DNA of 64,000 bases, taken from Puccinia triticina (taxonomy: Eukaryota). How positions within the stretch are numbered: position 1 is the stretch's first letter; each line of letters starts with the position of its first letter. Position numbers and translations under genes: made by a program. Below, in pieces: positions 48,034-60,447 of this stretch. Under the pieces are notes generated by a model. It searched no databases, was not told where the DNA came from, and saw nothing but the letters and a program-made list of their open reading frames with translations. The stretch spans positions 4,588,001-4,652,000 of the forward strand of contig CP110439.1 in the NCBI GenBank assembly GCA_026914245.1, read 5' to 3'.

Positions 48034-49932
48034 TGTCAGCTGGCTACTATGGTAGAGCCACCGTGACATAGAAATAATACAAATAAAACCATAAAAATTA
48101 GTGTTACATATGAAAGAGATATTATTACTCTTACATATGTAAAACTACGCAAAAACATTAAATACATATATAAATAATTAATTACTCAGCTTTATGTAAT
48201 TAATATGTGAAATATTATAGAAGATTCTTATTCTACGGGTAAAATAACCTAGGGTACCTCACTTACAAGTACCCTTAATTATTATCCCTTCCTTGTGTAA
48301 ACTAACTTCAAAGTTTGCGCAAGTGCATCACGCCCCGCGTGGATGCACTTGTATGCACATATATATATAAGTACATATATTTACACCCATTTTCAGTGAC
48401 GTAACTGAGGTTTTGTGTATAGTTTAAAAGATGGCTTTATTTGTTGCGTGGCGCACCCAAGCCTGCGTGCTCTGTTGCCTAGAGCTCAAGCCCGCGCTCC
48501 TAGTGTACATATATGCATGATGCATAAAGTAGCCCGCAACCAAAGCGCTCAGTTTACCAGTAAGTAAGAATGGGCCAGAATACACCCCAATAGCAATATT
48601 ACATGTGTTATATGACTTGTACACATGTAATTAATCACCAAACAAGATGTAATTACCACGTCATCCAATATAAAAACATTCTAGATGGAAAAAGGCTCTT
48701 GCAACGTGCACAGGAGACACTAGAAAGCGCCCCAGCTTCTCCCAAGCCTCACTACGTGTAAATTACAACTGTAGTAAATATGTAGTAGGGGTCAAATGAA
48801 CTGGAGCACTCAATAAGCGCCTCCAGAACAAGTATGAAGCACTGCTTGCACGTGTACAAGTGCACAGAAGACAGTTCTAGTACCTTCTGTGGCACATTTC
48901 CACGGAAATGAGCGTCACAGAACCCCCAAACCAGCCCCCATGACGTGTAAGGCTTGTGTAAAAACACGCAGAACCTCTGTAAAAGGCTCTTGCAAGGCTG
49001 AAACGCTGCGCTGCGCTACAAAAAAGCGGTCTTCTAGCGCAGCGCAGCGGGGAACCGCTGCGCTACCGCTGAAAGTAGCGGGTCCCTGCTTCTTGCCAGA
49101 CCCAAAAAGCGGTAGCGCAGCGGGCGGGGCCGCTACTTTCAGCGCAGCGCAGCGGCCACCAAAACCGCTGCGCTTCACGCTGCGCTGCGCTTTTTGAAGC
49201 GCAGCGCTTTCACCCTTGGCTCTTGGCAACCCTTGTATCCAAGCCCCAAGGTTCCACGACCCACAGCGCCTTCTAGCGCAACCAAAATGCCTCAGAATGC
49301 GCCCACAAGTGTCCCCTTGTCCCCTGGGCGCCCCTGGAGGCCTGCCTAGGCTATAAAAAGGGCCCTTTCTCCGCCCAAAAGGAGATTCCCCAGCTTTACA
49401 TTACCTACTAGAATTTTACCCGCCTTCAACAGCCTCCTTAGCCTGTGATTTGCCAGGTAAAATACCTACTTTCGTGATTTTTAGCCCCAATTTCCGCCCT
49501 GAAGCTGCCCAGTAACCACCCTGCCCTCAAGATTACCTCCTCTGAGCGCCTCCAACTGCCCAACTTCACGCCTGAAGAACCTCAAAGTGCCTCTAGGGTC
49601 TTATACTAGTAAGTTTAAGCCCCTTCTCTTGAGATTCTCCGCCATTTCTTTCTGGGATTTAAACCACACCTGTTTACAGGCCCCAGTTCTTCATTCTAGA
49701 GGGATTAAACACCCCTGATTTATCAGGCCCCTCTTAAAATTAATTATATTCATTTCACTACGTCAAATTGGCCCAAATTGGCCCAAATTGCCTTATTCTT
49801 ACGCCATAATTCCCAACAATTACGTTGGAATTATCCCTCATAAACTTGTCTTAGAGTTTCATAACTCTAATCTTTAGCTTTGCACCACGTGTAGCTAGAA
49901 GGATAATATCCTTGGCATCACGTAGGCTGACA
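48034..49932. mobile_element. Solo LTR (~1.9 kb) inserted in Gypsy A pol
   Basis: TGTCAGC...GCTGACA termini; 5-bp TSD TTATA; removing it restores the pol frame. Confidence 0.88.
48993..49218. mobile_element. Ac-like hAT MITE (~226 bp) inside the solo LTR
   Basis: TIR CAAGG(C/G)TGAAA; (G)GCTCTTG duplicated on the flanks; interior of GCGCAGCG/CGCTGCGC inverted motifs. Confidence 0.75.
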
Positions 49933-52632
49933 TTATAGAATTGGTAAGGGAAGGACTCAGCACTGGTCTCTAGGAACAATCCTTTTCCAGTTATTCCAGC
50001 CCTATATTTTGTGTAAAGAAGCAGGATGGTAAGCTCAGAATTGTACATGATCTTCAGAAACTCAAGAAAGTCACCATTAAGGACGCTGGATTACCACCAA
50101 AGACAGAGGAACTCATTGAATCATTCACTGGAAGGGCTTGCTATGGACTAGGTGATATTATGGGAGGGTATGATGAAAGGGAATTAGCTCCAGAATCCAG
50201 ACCTTTGATCACATTTGAAACACCCCTTGGAAGATTTCAACTTACCAGATTACCCCAAGGAGCCACCAATTCAGTTGCAGTTTACCAGGCCCAAATGATG
50301 TGGATACTCCAGGATGAATTACCTCAGCATATGGGAATCTTTGTGGATGATGGGGGTATAAAAGGACCAACCTCTGACTACAATGAAGAAACTCTAAAGG
50401 ACAACCCACAGATAAGAAGATTTATATATGAATATGCCATTACTCTGGAGAGGATTCTTTTCAGGATTGAAGAAGCTGGACTCACCATCTCTGGAAAGAA
50501 ATTTGCTTGTTGTGTACCTGCTTTGGATCTGGTTGGCTATGTGGTTTGTAAAGAAGGAAGAAGAATATCCACCAAGAAGCTCAACAAAATTGAAACCTGG
50601 CCAACTCCCACCACTCCTTCAGATGTCAGAGGATTCCTAGGTATCTGTGTATATGTCAGAATGTTTATTAAAAATTACTCAGCCATCACTGCCCCTCTCA
50701 GAAAGCTCACCAGGAAGGAATCCTCTTGGGATTGGACTGAAGACTGCCAGGATGCCTTTGAAGACCTCAAGAGGATTGTTGGAACTGACATCACCCTCAA
50801 GAAATTGGACTATGGACCTGATGCTGCCTTAATCAAACTTTCAGTGGACTCCAGTGTTATTGCTGCAGGTGCTGTACTTACCCAACAGGATTCTGATGGA
50901 CTGGATAGGCCTGTGTTATATGAGTCAGTAGTCTTTTCACCCAGGGAATCAAAGTACTCACAATCCAAATTAGAACTTTGTGGTGTTGCCAAGATCCTCA
51001 AGAAACTTCAAACCAAACTTTGGGGCCAACATTTTCAACTCAGAGTGGATGCTCAGTGCCTTATTGGAATGATCAACAACCCTTCACTTCCCAATGCCCC
51101 TATGAACAGATGGATTGGATTTATTCAGTTATTCTCCTATGACCTTGTTCACACTCCTGGAAAAACCTTCACCTTACCTGATGGGCTCTCCAGAAGACCT
51201 CCTGATTCTGATGAAGATGATTGCCCTAGCTTTGATGAAGATGAAACCTGGATCAAGCCTCACCCTGGATTTGGAACTAAACACTCTTCTTTTGGCCTGC
51301 TTCTGGGGACATCAGCTCAGTTGGGGGAGGGGGTAAGTAACTTGCAGCAAGGAATTTGGAAGCACCTCCAGGAATACCTTTCAACCATGAACAAACCTCC
51401 AGGATGCAGCAGCCTGGAATTCAAGAAAATTTTGCACAAATCAGCCAACTTCTTCCTTTCCAATGGAGTCTTGCACAGGATCAACAAACCATTCTCCCAG
51501 ATAGTAGTCACCTCTCCTTCAGCTCAGAATTCCATCCTTAATTCCCTTCATGAATCCTTAGGTCACAGAGGTATTGCTGAAACCTACAGAAGAACTAAAC
51601 TCAGATTTTGGTGGCCAGGACTCAACAGAGGTGTTACCAAGTGGGTCCAGTCTTGTGAAGCTTGCCAGAAGAGGAGTTCAAAATTGCCAATGGAACCCAA
51701 GAAACCTACAGGAGCAGCAACCATCTTTGGAAGAGTCAGTTTGGATACAGTTCACATCAAAGCTGGCAAATGGAAGTACCTGGTAATTGCAAGAGATGAA
51801 CTTTCTGGATGGGTAGAAGCAGTTGGACTAGAAAAGATTCAGGCAAAGAAAATCTCTCAGTGGTTCTTGGACAATTGGATCTACAGATATGGAGCTCCTT
51901 GGTCAGTCACAGTGTATGGAGGCTCTGAATTTGGACAGCAATTTCAAAAATCCCTTCTGGAATCTGGAATCAAAATCAAAGTCACCACTCCTTATTATCC
52001 TGAAGCAAATGGAATGGTAGAAAGAGGACATCAGGCAATTAAGGATACCTTGGTCAAGCTCTGTGGAAAAGAAGGCAAGAAATGGAGGAATTATTTACCT
52101 TTGGTTTTATTTGCAGACAGAATTTCCACCAAGAGATCAACTGGACACTCACCTTATGAACTAGTTCTTGGACAGCCTCCCATCTTACCCATTGACTTGG
52201 AATTGGAAACCTTCTTTGGAGTGGATTGGTCAAAAGTAGAATCAACTCAGGATCTTTTATTGGCCAGGACTCAGCAGCTTGAAAACAGGGATACCATCTT
52301 GCAGCAAGCACACCAGAAGCTTATGTACTCCAGGAAGAACTCTGTGGATTATTGGAACAAGAAGAAGACATCAAGGCAACCACTGAAGAAAGGTCAATTA
52401 GTAGTAGTGTATAATAAATCCTTGGACTCTCAATTTGGCAAGCTCTTTGAAAATAAATGGAATGGTCCTTACAGAATTAAAGCTCAAAACCCAGGAGGAT
52501 CTTACATCTTGGAAGAATTGGATGGCACAGAATTGGCCAGAAGGTTTGCTGCAACTCATGTCAAGGAATACCATTCCAGGTAAAAAAAAAATTAATAAAT
52601 AAGAATAATCAATTCATTTCTTTTCTATTTTC

Positions 52633-53615
52633 TTATCTCTTCCTCATCTCCTTACACAAATATAAAAACAAAATAAAAATCAAATCCATAAAATAAACCA
52701 GAAACAAATCAATATATACTCTCAATCAAAAACAGCTAGAATAAAATCAATCTCACCTCTTCTTCTTTTATCATTACATCACCCTCTTCCATTTCACTTT
52801 CCTCCTTCTCCTTCTCTGTTCCCTTCTCCTTATCTAAAAACAAAATCAAAGACATAAAAAAAAAAAAGAAAATTAAAAGCATAACATTAGTCAAAAATCC
52901 TCAATAAAGAATAAAAAATAGAATATAACTTACCCTCAGCCCTTATTCTCTCCATTACTGCTTCTACTCTCCACCCATCTTCCTCCTCTTCCACTTGGTC
53001 CCTCACCCTTAACAGCTCCAGGGCATTCCTTTCCTCAGTTTCCTCTATCATGGCATCTATGATTGAATGAATATCCATCTGGAAATCAAAATAGAAGCAG
53101 GGATACAATATTAGTATTATAATCAATCTTTCCTTTTTTTTGAATTTTTTTTTCCTTCATATACATACAGAATTCAGCCTACATACATGTGCAAAGGCGT
53201 CGTGGAATCGGCTATACAACTTAAAGCGTGCGTTTCGTGCGGCAACCGGGTCGTCGAGGTCCTCACGAGCGAAGGCAAGGAGTCCTTGCTGGATAAAACT
53301 ACGTAGGGCGTATATTTCTTTGGGCTTGAAGCTGTCCCGCATACCGGGATACACCTCAGGGTTGTCTATGGCCAAGTGTGCTCGTCGAATAGAAAATGGG
53401 ATCTCATAGGAAGGTCTAATAACGGCCTCCTAGTCGAGCTGCGAAGATGATATGGACGTATTGGACGAATAATCTATTGAGTTGTCAAGGTTATCTTTTG
53501 GCGATGAGGGCGTGGAAGTGGCGCTGGAGGAAAACATTACGGATATCGAATGCGATAACGGAACTTTTCCGTTGGCCGATGACCTGGACCTTATAAGGCA
53601 CTCTTTCTTCTTCAT
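52633..53615 (-). pseudogene. Spliced antisense accessory gene of Gypsy A (4 exons, ~228 codons, one in-frame TAG)
   Basis: Exons 53615-53169, 53078-52934, 52833-52757, 52650-52633. Donors GTATGT, GTAAGT, GTGAGA; AG acceptors after pyrimidine tracts; phases consistent; acidic C-terminus. Confidence 0.65.
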
Positions 53616-54984
53616 TTTATGATGTAACTATGGACGCCTTCACCTTTCAGAATCGTTTGGCGCGGTTTTTCTTTCATTTTCTTAATATTGACTCTGGTGT
53701 TTGACCCAGTTTAATCTATCCTTTTCGACCTCTTCTGGCGCGTAAATACCTCGATCATTTCATTCAAAACCTTTTTCAGACGATTGGCAAGCTTCAGGAG
53801 TCCATTTGGACAGTCCCTCGGCGGTAAATTTGGCTTATTTCATTGTGTATTCCTTTAATTTCAACTCCCCTGCGGCGGAAACCACGGAAATCATAATGAA
53901 AATTTGAATCATTCCAATAACGATTCGGCCGACCTCAAAATTAATATTAATCTTTCCAGTTTTCATCTTTCCGATCTCACCTTTCATTTGAACTCGGTTT
54001 AAGCCGATTCTATCGAGCTGTTTCGGAATTATATGCGCTCAAAGTCACCCTAGTATTTCCACGGGCTCATTTACAACCTTCATTCAGCGTTCACGGCGAC
54101 CTATCGGCCGAATTGATTCTAAATATACCTTAATTCTTAATTCATCTTCTCCTTCCGGCCTTTCAAAAGAATCCGGAATTAGACAATTCCATTGACTGAA
54201 AGCTGAGTTATATCCGGAAACAGTTTGCCTTTTCATTACGGGGTGTTACTACCACGCGCGCCCGCGGATCTCGCTTGGATCTTTAACCGGCCCTACACAA
54301 TCGATACTCAACCCTGAAAAATAAATGATATATACCATTTTAATCTACGGAATCGCCCCTTTCAAATGAACTCGGTTTCAAGAGTTGTCATAGAGCCGTT
54401 CGGAAGATACAGGTCAACCATTTTATGCTTTTCTTTTTGTCATTCCGCACGCGCGCCTTCCGTTTGGAGCCCCGCTCAGACAACTGGACCCCTCTTTCGA
54501 CAGCACGCGCGCATGGACACAGGTTCCATTCCCCATCTGGACAAAAATGAAGTTTTTTTTCGCGGAAATGGTGAAATTCAAGGTGTTTTAGTACTGGAAA
54601 GAGGGATTCCTCCATCATTCATTCATTCCTCCATCATCATTCATTCATTCCTGATCCTCATTCATTCCTCCATCATCATCCATCCACCTTATCATCCTGA
54701 ATCATCCTTTCTTGGAATCATCATTCATTCATTCCTAAACACCAATCATTCTTCTCCATCATCAATCATCATCATCAATCATTCAATTCTTCTAAATCAT
54801 TCCTCTTCACCATCATGATAATTCCTACATCCCTTTAGATTTTTCTAGGTCTGTGAAAAGCTTAGTTGAACTTCTAGTAGCTGCTGGGACACTTTCAGAA
54901 ACCACCCAATTGGAACAATAACACTCTTTGGACAGCTTATCAACCTCTCTGGACTTCAAATTCTCTTCATAGGACTTCACATTA

Positions 54985-57762
54985 CTAGAGGCTAAGGCGG
55001 CTTCGCCGCTGCACTCACAGGTCTCAGCATCTAAGCTGTACGGAATAATTGTGATCCTCATGAAGTGATCTCTGGATTTACTATTCAATAATGGTGTTCA
55101 AATTTGAGATCATAAATTTGTAAGCATAAAATCATTAATTCACAAAGTCTTTGAGTGCTGATTTTTTATGTACTGTTTGAGAATTAACACTCTCCTTTAC
55201 GTGTTTGATTGATACATCTTTTTTTTGGCTTGAAGGTTTATGATTTTATTCTAGCCGAAGTCTGCTGATGGAAAGCCTCTTCCTGAGGATATACATACAT
55301 ATGGTCTTGCAAGCCTGTCTGGGCACATGCCAAACTCCTTGGCCAAGCAACACTGGGGGTTTGGTATGTTCCCAGGGGGCTTGATCAGACAGGATTGATG
55401 AGAGGCAGAACTTTGCACACAGCCAAGTCCTGCTTGGTCAGGATCAATCTCTGGGCCAATGGAATATGTGACTTGGAATGCACACTGCACATGCCAGTGA
55501 TCAGAATCTGGCCCTTGCCTCTGCCTTGAAAGGCAGCAACAACATACCCTTGAGGAGGGGAAATGTTTCTCCTTGATGGCAGGCACAGCTTTTGGTGGGG
55601 TGGCACCCTCACTTGAAATCGGCCCAGCAGGGCTTTGTCCCAAACCCGGCAAGCTTTTCCATGTGCCAAGTGGGGGTTGGGAGTGTGTCAGGCGGGCTTT
55701 TGGATTGGCTAAGCAGGCTTTGGGATTGGCCAAGCAGGCTATGGGATTGGCCACACACGCTTGGCCTATTTTTGGCTGAATTTTGGCATGTGCCCAAACT
55801 GGCTTACAACACCATATTTCAGGAAGATATTTATAGTTAGACATTAATCTGACCAGATCAATGTTTTCAAAGTTCTATTAAATCATCAAGGGGGTAGAAT
55901 ATACTTCTAAGATTGAGATCCCATAGTTCTCTCAGGTTGGTATTTAGGCCGCAGTACATTTTAATTGATGTCAAATTAATATTCCCTGAATTAAAAGTAG
56001 TTCCAGCCTGCATGTACTCCAAAATTTTACTATGTGTACTCCAAATTTTTGGCTTTTCCCCCATTTCTATGTGCAAACCAAGCCTTGCAATTCAATTTAC
56101 TTTTCTGACAACTTTGCTTGTCTGAGAGGTTGGAAATATCCTGAGGGTTAAGTTTGATGAAATTTGGGAAAAATGTAAACAATTACAGAGACAGCTAGCA
56201 TGCAAGGCTCAAGATTGGGCATTTGAGGTTGTGCATGGATATCACTTGATTGCAAATGGTAAAAATCTGTTGGCATCAGTTCAAATCCTGGTCCATCTCT
56301 AGAATGAATCATTGTTTGCGCAGACCAATAAGACTGCTAGAGTGTAAGTTCACCATGATTGAAATCAAGTGAGTGTCCAACCTTGTCAAAATTCTTGAAA
56401 GATGAAGATTGTGTTGAGAGGTTTGTTGATCTGATGTTTAGATTTGTTAGTCAGATATTGGAGGAATTTACAGAGAAATTAGCGACTTGGCAATCTGAGA
56501 TGGATGGGTGTTGTACCACATTTGTAGAGAAGTTGAGCCCCTCTCAATGACCGGCACAGATGAGAGGAGGTCTTGATGACTGGTGGTCTGTACCGGTAAA
56601 TTGAGGAGAGGTGTAACTCCCCTTGATGACCGGATGGCGAGGAGATATGAGTCCACTCGGTGACTGGTAAAGACAAGTCATTGAGAGGAGAATGAGTCCT
56701 CTCGATGGCTGGTCTGACTGGTCATCTAGAGTTGCGACTCCCCTCGATGACCGGCACAGACCGGTCACGGGGAGGATATCTGAGCTGATCTGAGTCCCCT
56801 CGATGACTGGTACAGACCAGTCATCAAGAGGTGTGACTCCCCTCAATGACCGGCACAGACCGGTCATCGGGAGGATATCCGAATCCCCTCCATGGCCGGT
56901 CAGACCGGTCAACCAGCCATCGAGGGGTGTGAGTTCCCTTGATGGCCAGTCAGACCGGTCATCGAGAGGAGTGAGTCCCCTCGATGACCGGCACAGACCG
57001 GTCATCGGGAGGATATCCGAATCCCCTCCATGGCCGGTCAGACCGGTCAACCAGCCATTGAGGGGTGTGAGTTCCCTTGATGGCCAGTCAGACCGGTCAT
57101 CGAGAGAAGTGAGTCCCCTCAATGACCGGTGCAGACCGGTCATCGGGAGGATATCCGAATCCCCTCGCCGGTCAGACCGGTCAACCAGCCATCAAGGGGT
57201 GTGAGTTCCCTCAATGGCCAGTCAGACCGGTCATCGAGAGGAGTGAGTCCCCTCGATGACCGGCACAGACCGGGAAGCGGGAAGAGATCTGATTTCCCTA
57301 TATGGCCGGTCAGACCGGTCATTGAGAGTTTTCAGTCCCCTCGATGGCCGGCATAGACCAGTCATCGAGAGATGTGCAGACCGCCAAGGAGGTCGAAGCC
57401 ACCCCCGCACGCGTGGACACATTCTCTGCTCAAAGCCAACTGCCTCGGATTCGGAACACGTCTGGATGACCCTGACCATTCACCCTGAGGAAAAAACCTC
57501 TCAAGCTGACCTGTAAACACTCGGACAAGTGTGTACAGGCCAGCGTTCTGTCTGCCCAGGTGGAGGGCCCTTGCAACACGTTGTGGTGTTCAGGTGGTTG
57601 CAAAGGATTTCAGCGACCAGGGTTTTTTTCACCTGGTGTCATATGCGAGCTGGGAGATACTTAAAGGGCTGGGGTGAAGCTGTTTGTCCCCCCAGGGGAT
57701 CTGGTTTCGTCCCACCCCCTCCCTGAAGGCCCCCTATTTCACTTGAGTAGGCCCCTTCTTGA
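54985..57762 (-). mobile_element. Helitron-like insertion in the Gypsy A 3' region
   Basis: Hairpin GCGGCGAAGCCGC + CTAG|T at 54985-55010; family 5' motif at 57688-57755; putative A|TC at 57762 (approximate). Confidence 0.6.
56540..57370. repeat. Hairpin-rich array with a ~138-bp higher-order unit
   Basis: cccctc(a/g)atgaccggcacagaccggtcatc recurs at ~56838, 56976, 57114 and 57248; same sub-motif family as 2190-2960 and 37440-38740. Confidence 0.85.
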
Positions 57763-59151
57763 TTTGAAAAAACAAAAATTCTAATCTTGAACAAAAATAC
57801 AAAATTTAAACTTCAAACTCACACAAAACAAAAAATATGACCACAATCAAAACACACAGCAAAATAAAATAAACTCAAACAAAACCAAAGATTTACACTT
57901 AAAAAAACAACTCTAAACTCAAACAAAAAAACAAAATTGAACTTTTTAAACTTAAAAAACACAAATATCAAACTTTTATTTTTTTGCCTGCAATTTCAAT
58001 GAAATGCAGCATGAACCCATGAAGTCAGTTTCTGTGAAACTGTGGTTTTAATAAACTTGGATATATTCAGACACTTCAGAAATTCAGTCATTCAACTCCA
58101 AATCATTCATAACACTCAGAAATTACAATTATCAACCCCATCATTCATCATCATTGCATTGCATTCTTCCTTGGTCTCATTTTAGGCAGGAAAATTATTG
58201 TATTCTTCAGAGTGGAATTTAGTCTAATATGTGTCTGTCTCAAGGATATTGACTTCAGCAGAGTTAGATCTTCTTAAACATTCACCCCTCATTGATAATT
58301 GGACCTTCTTTTGGATACTGGACTCTTTGGATTGGATACTGGACTATGGATACTCTGGATACATAGGACTATTGGACTTTGGATTGGACTTGGATACCTT
58401 GGACTCAGATATACTGGACTTGGATTATACTTGGATTCTATTTGGCTTTGGATACTGGAGTCTTTGGCCTTGGACACTGGACTCTGGATTTGGACTACTA
58501 CTCAGGACTTTGGATTTCACCCTTTGGAGGAAGAAAACTGGAATTTGAACCTTGGACTCTTGGACTCAACATTCTTCAACTCTTTTTGGATCACTTTTCT
58601 CTTTGGTGCATTGCCTGGGGACAGACAATAAGTTGGGGGAGGATGTGGTGCTCCATTCCAAACCATAAGTAGTATTTTATTGCTTTCCTTTACATATATT
58701 CATCATTACATTGCCCATTCCCCCCATAAACCTTCACAAATACCTCATTATTATTGCATATTCAGATTCTACGCCAAATTTCACCTATAGTCACTCATAC
58801 ATAGTACCCCTTTATCTTCAATGGTTCAATAGTTATAAAGGATATGAGACTTACAGAAACCTTACAGTCTTCATTAGTTACATCACTCATTTCATTAGTA
58901 ACTTACTTGAATCATTTCATCACATTTTTTTACAGATATATTCTCACATACTAAACCCTTTACATACTTTACTCATTATGTACTATGCCTATTGTACACA
59001 TTACATCATTGGATCTGTGCTTACCTCTTTCAGTAGTGCTCATCGTTACAAGTTGTTACTATGTTCACATCACTTTCCCCATTTTTACAACCTTCCTTCC
59101 CATAGCCAGAACTCCTCATTGTCTGTGCTCATTCTCCTTTCATATAAGAAC

Positions 59152-60447
59152 TGTCTGGTAAGCAAGAGCAGGGTCTGAGAACAGCAGGCACAATGTGGGG
59201 CGGTGTTCAATTGTCGTGGAAGGATCACATTGCATGTCAGACTGAAAAGAAAAAAGGAAAAAAGAAAACATGAAGAAGAAAGAAAAAGAGAGAAATACCT
59301 ACCTGAGAACAGCAGGCACAATGTGGGGCGGTGTTTGATGGTTGTGGAGGGATGAGAGAGGAGTCCTTCCACGCCTGCTGCCTCAGGTAGCCTACATACA
59401 ACATGTAACATGAGAGTGAAATGTGAGAAAGGAAGTGACATGTGAGAAGCAGAAAGAAGAAAAACAAAACCTGAGTATAATACTCAACAACCCCCCTTGC
59501 TGAACACATGAAATGACAGTAGAGAAAGAAAGACAAAAGATTAAGAGGAAGAAAGACAGGGAAAATAAGAAAGAGGAAGGGAGAGGGAAGGAAGAGGAAA
59601 AAGGAAGGGAGGGAAATGACACCTGAATTACTCAACGATACCAAACATTTGCCTGTTTTTTTCTAGAGCCACGCGGGAGAGCGGCTTTGTGAGAATCTCC
59701 GCTAGCATATCTTTTGTTGAGACGTGAAGCAGGGAGAGCTCAGCGTCACGTACGCATTCTCGGATGAAATGGTATCTTGCGTGGATGTGTTTTGTGCGGG
59801 CGTGGTGTTCGCGATTTTTGGCAAGGGCCTCGGCCCCTTTGTTGTCAACGTGTAGAGGGATGGCGGTATTGGGACGAAGATTGAGTTCAGTAAGAAGGTG
59901 GCGGATCCACAGACCCTCTTTGCACGAGTCCGACAGAGCTTTATACTCGGCCTCTGTGCTCGAGAGGGAAACTGTGGCCTGCTTGTGGGATTTCCAGGAG
60001 ATCGCCCCATCTCCCAGACAATAGGTATACGCGGAGGTGGAGCGTTGGTCATTGCGGTCTTCTGCCCAGTCGGAATCTGAGTAGCCACAGCAGGTTAGAC
60101 CCCCGCCTAGGCGGAGTTTGAGACTTTTAGTGGTTGATAGATAGTTCAGCACACGGACCCCCGCCTTCCAGTGATCAGAAGACGGGTCCCGTAGATGCTG
60201 CGACAGTCGATTTACTGCAAATGAGATATCAGGCCTCGTGCATTGAGAGACCCAGAGCAATGAACCAATTAGTTGCGGATAGGGACTGGGTGATGGGGGA
60301 TCCGATGGGCGACGTCTTCCTAGGTCTTTGAAACTGGTGTCCGTCGGAGTTGGAACTGGCGTGGTTTTTCCATCTAGGAAGCGCTCGCAGAGTTCGTCGA
60401 TATAGTGGGCTTGATTCAAGTACACGTATTTCTTTGAGGGTTCGCGG
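59152..60447 (-). mobile_element. 3' part of Copia element B (RT end-RNase H ORF 59628-60447, PPT, LTR ~59152-59489), inserted in the Gypsy A 3' LTR
   Basis: TRPDISFAVN, GYSDSDWA, SSTEAEY, RTKHI, DMLAEILTK; PPT AGCAAGGGGGG followed by TGTTGAG...CAGACA. Confidence 0.85.

Larger units (their letters stand above)
47548..52583 (+). pseudogene. pol: Gypsy A pol (RT-RNase H-integrase), interrupted by a solo LTR and a premature TAG
   Basis: Reads KDQVI|ELVREGLSTGL*EQSFSSYSSPIFCVKKQDGKLRIVHDLQKL across the insertion; RLPQGATNS, FVDD, YSQSKLELC, HESLGHRG..CEACQ, ANGMVERGH, WNGPYRI. Confidence 0.93.
39677..59151 (+). mobile_element. Ty3/Gypsy LTR retrotransposon A with multiple nested insertions (3' LTR interrupted)
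   Basis: 5' LTR 39677-43907 (TGTGG...CCACA, interrupted at 39732-42840) followed by TGG-starting PBS-like sequence at 43910. PPT AAGTTGGGGGAGGA precedes the 3' LTR, which starts at 58644 and matches the 5' LTR with ~8 differences over ~510 bp. Domain order gag-PR-RT-RH-IN. Confidence 0.92.

Noticed and set aside
58231..58672. Trp/Leu/Asp-rich ORFs
   Set aside because: Products of short TGGA(C/T)(T/A) repeats in the Gypsy A 3' UTR.
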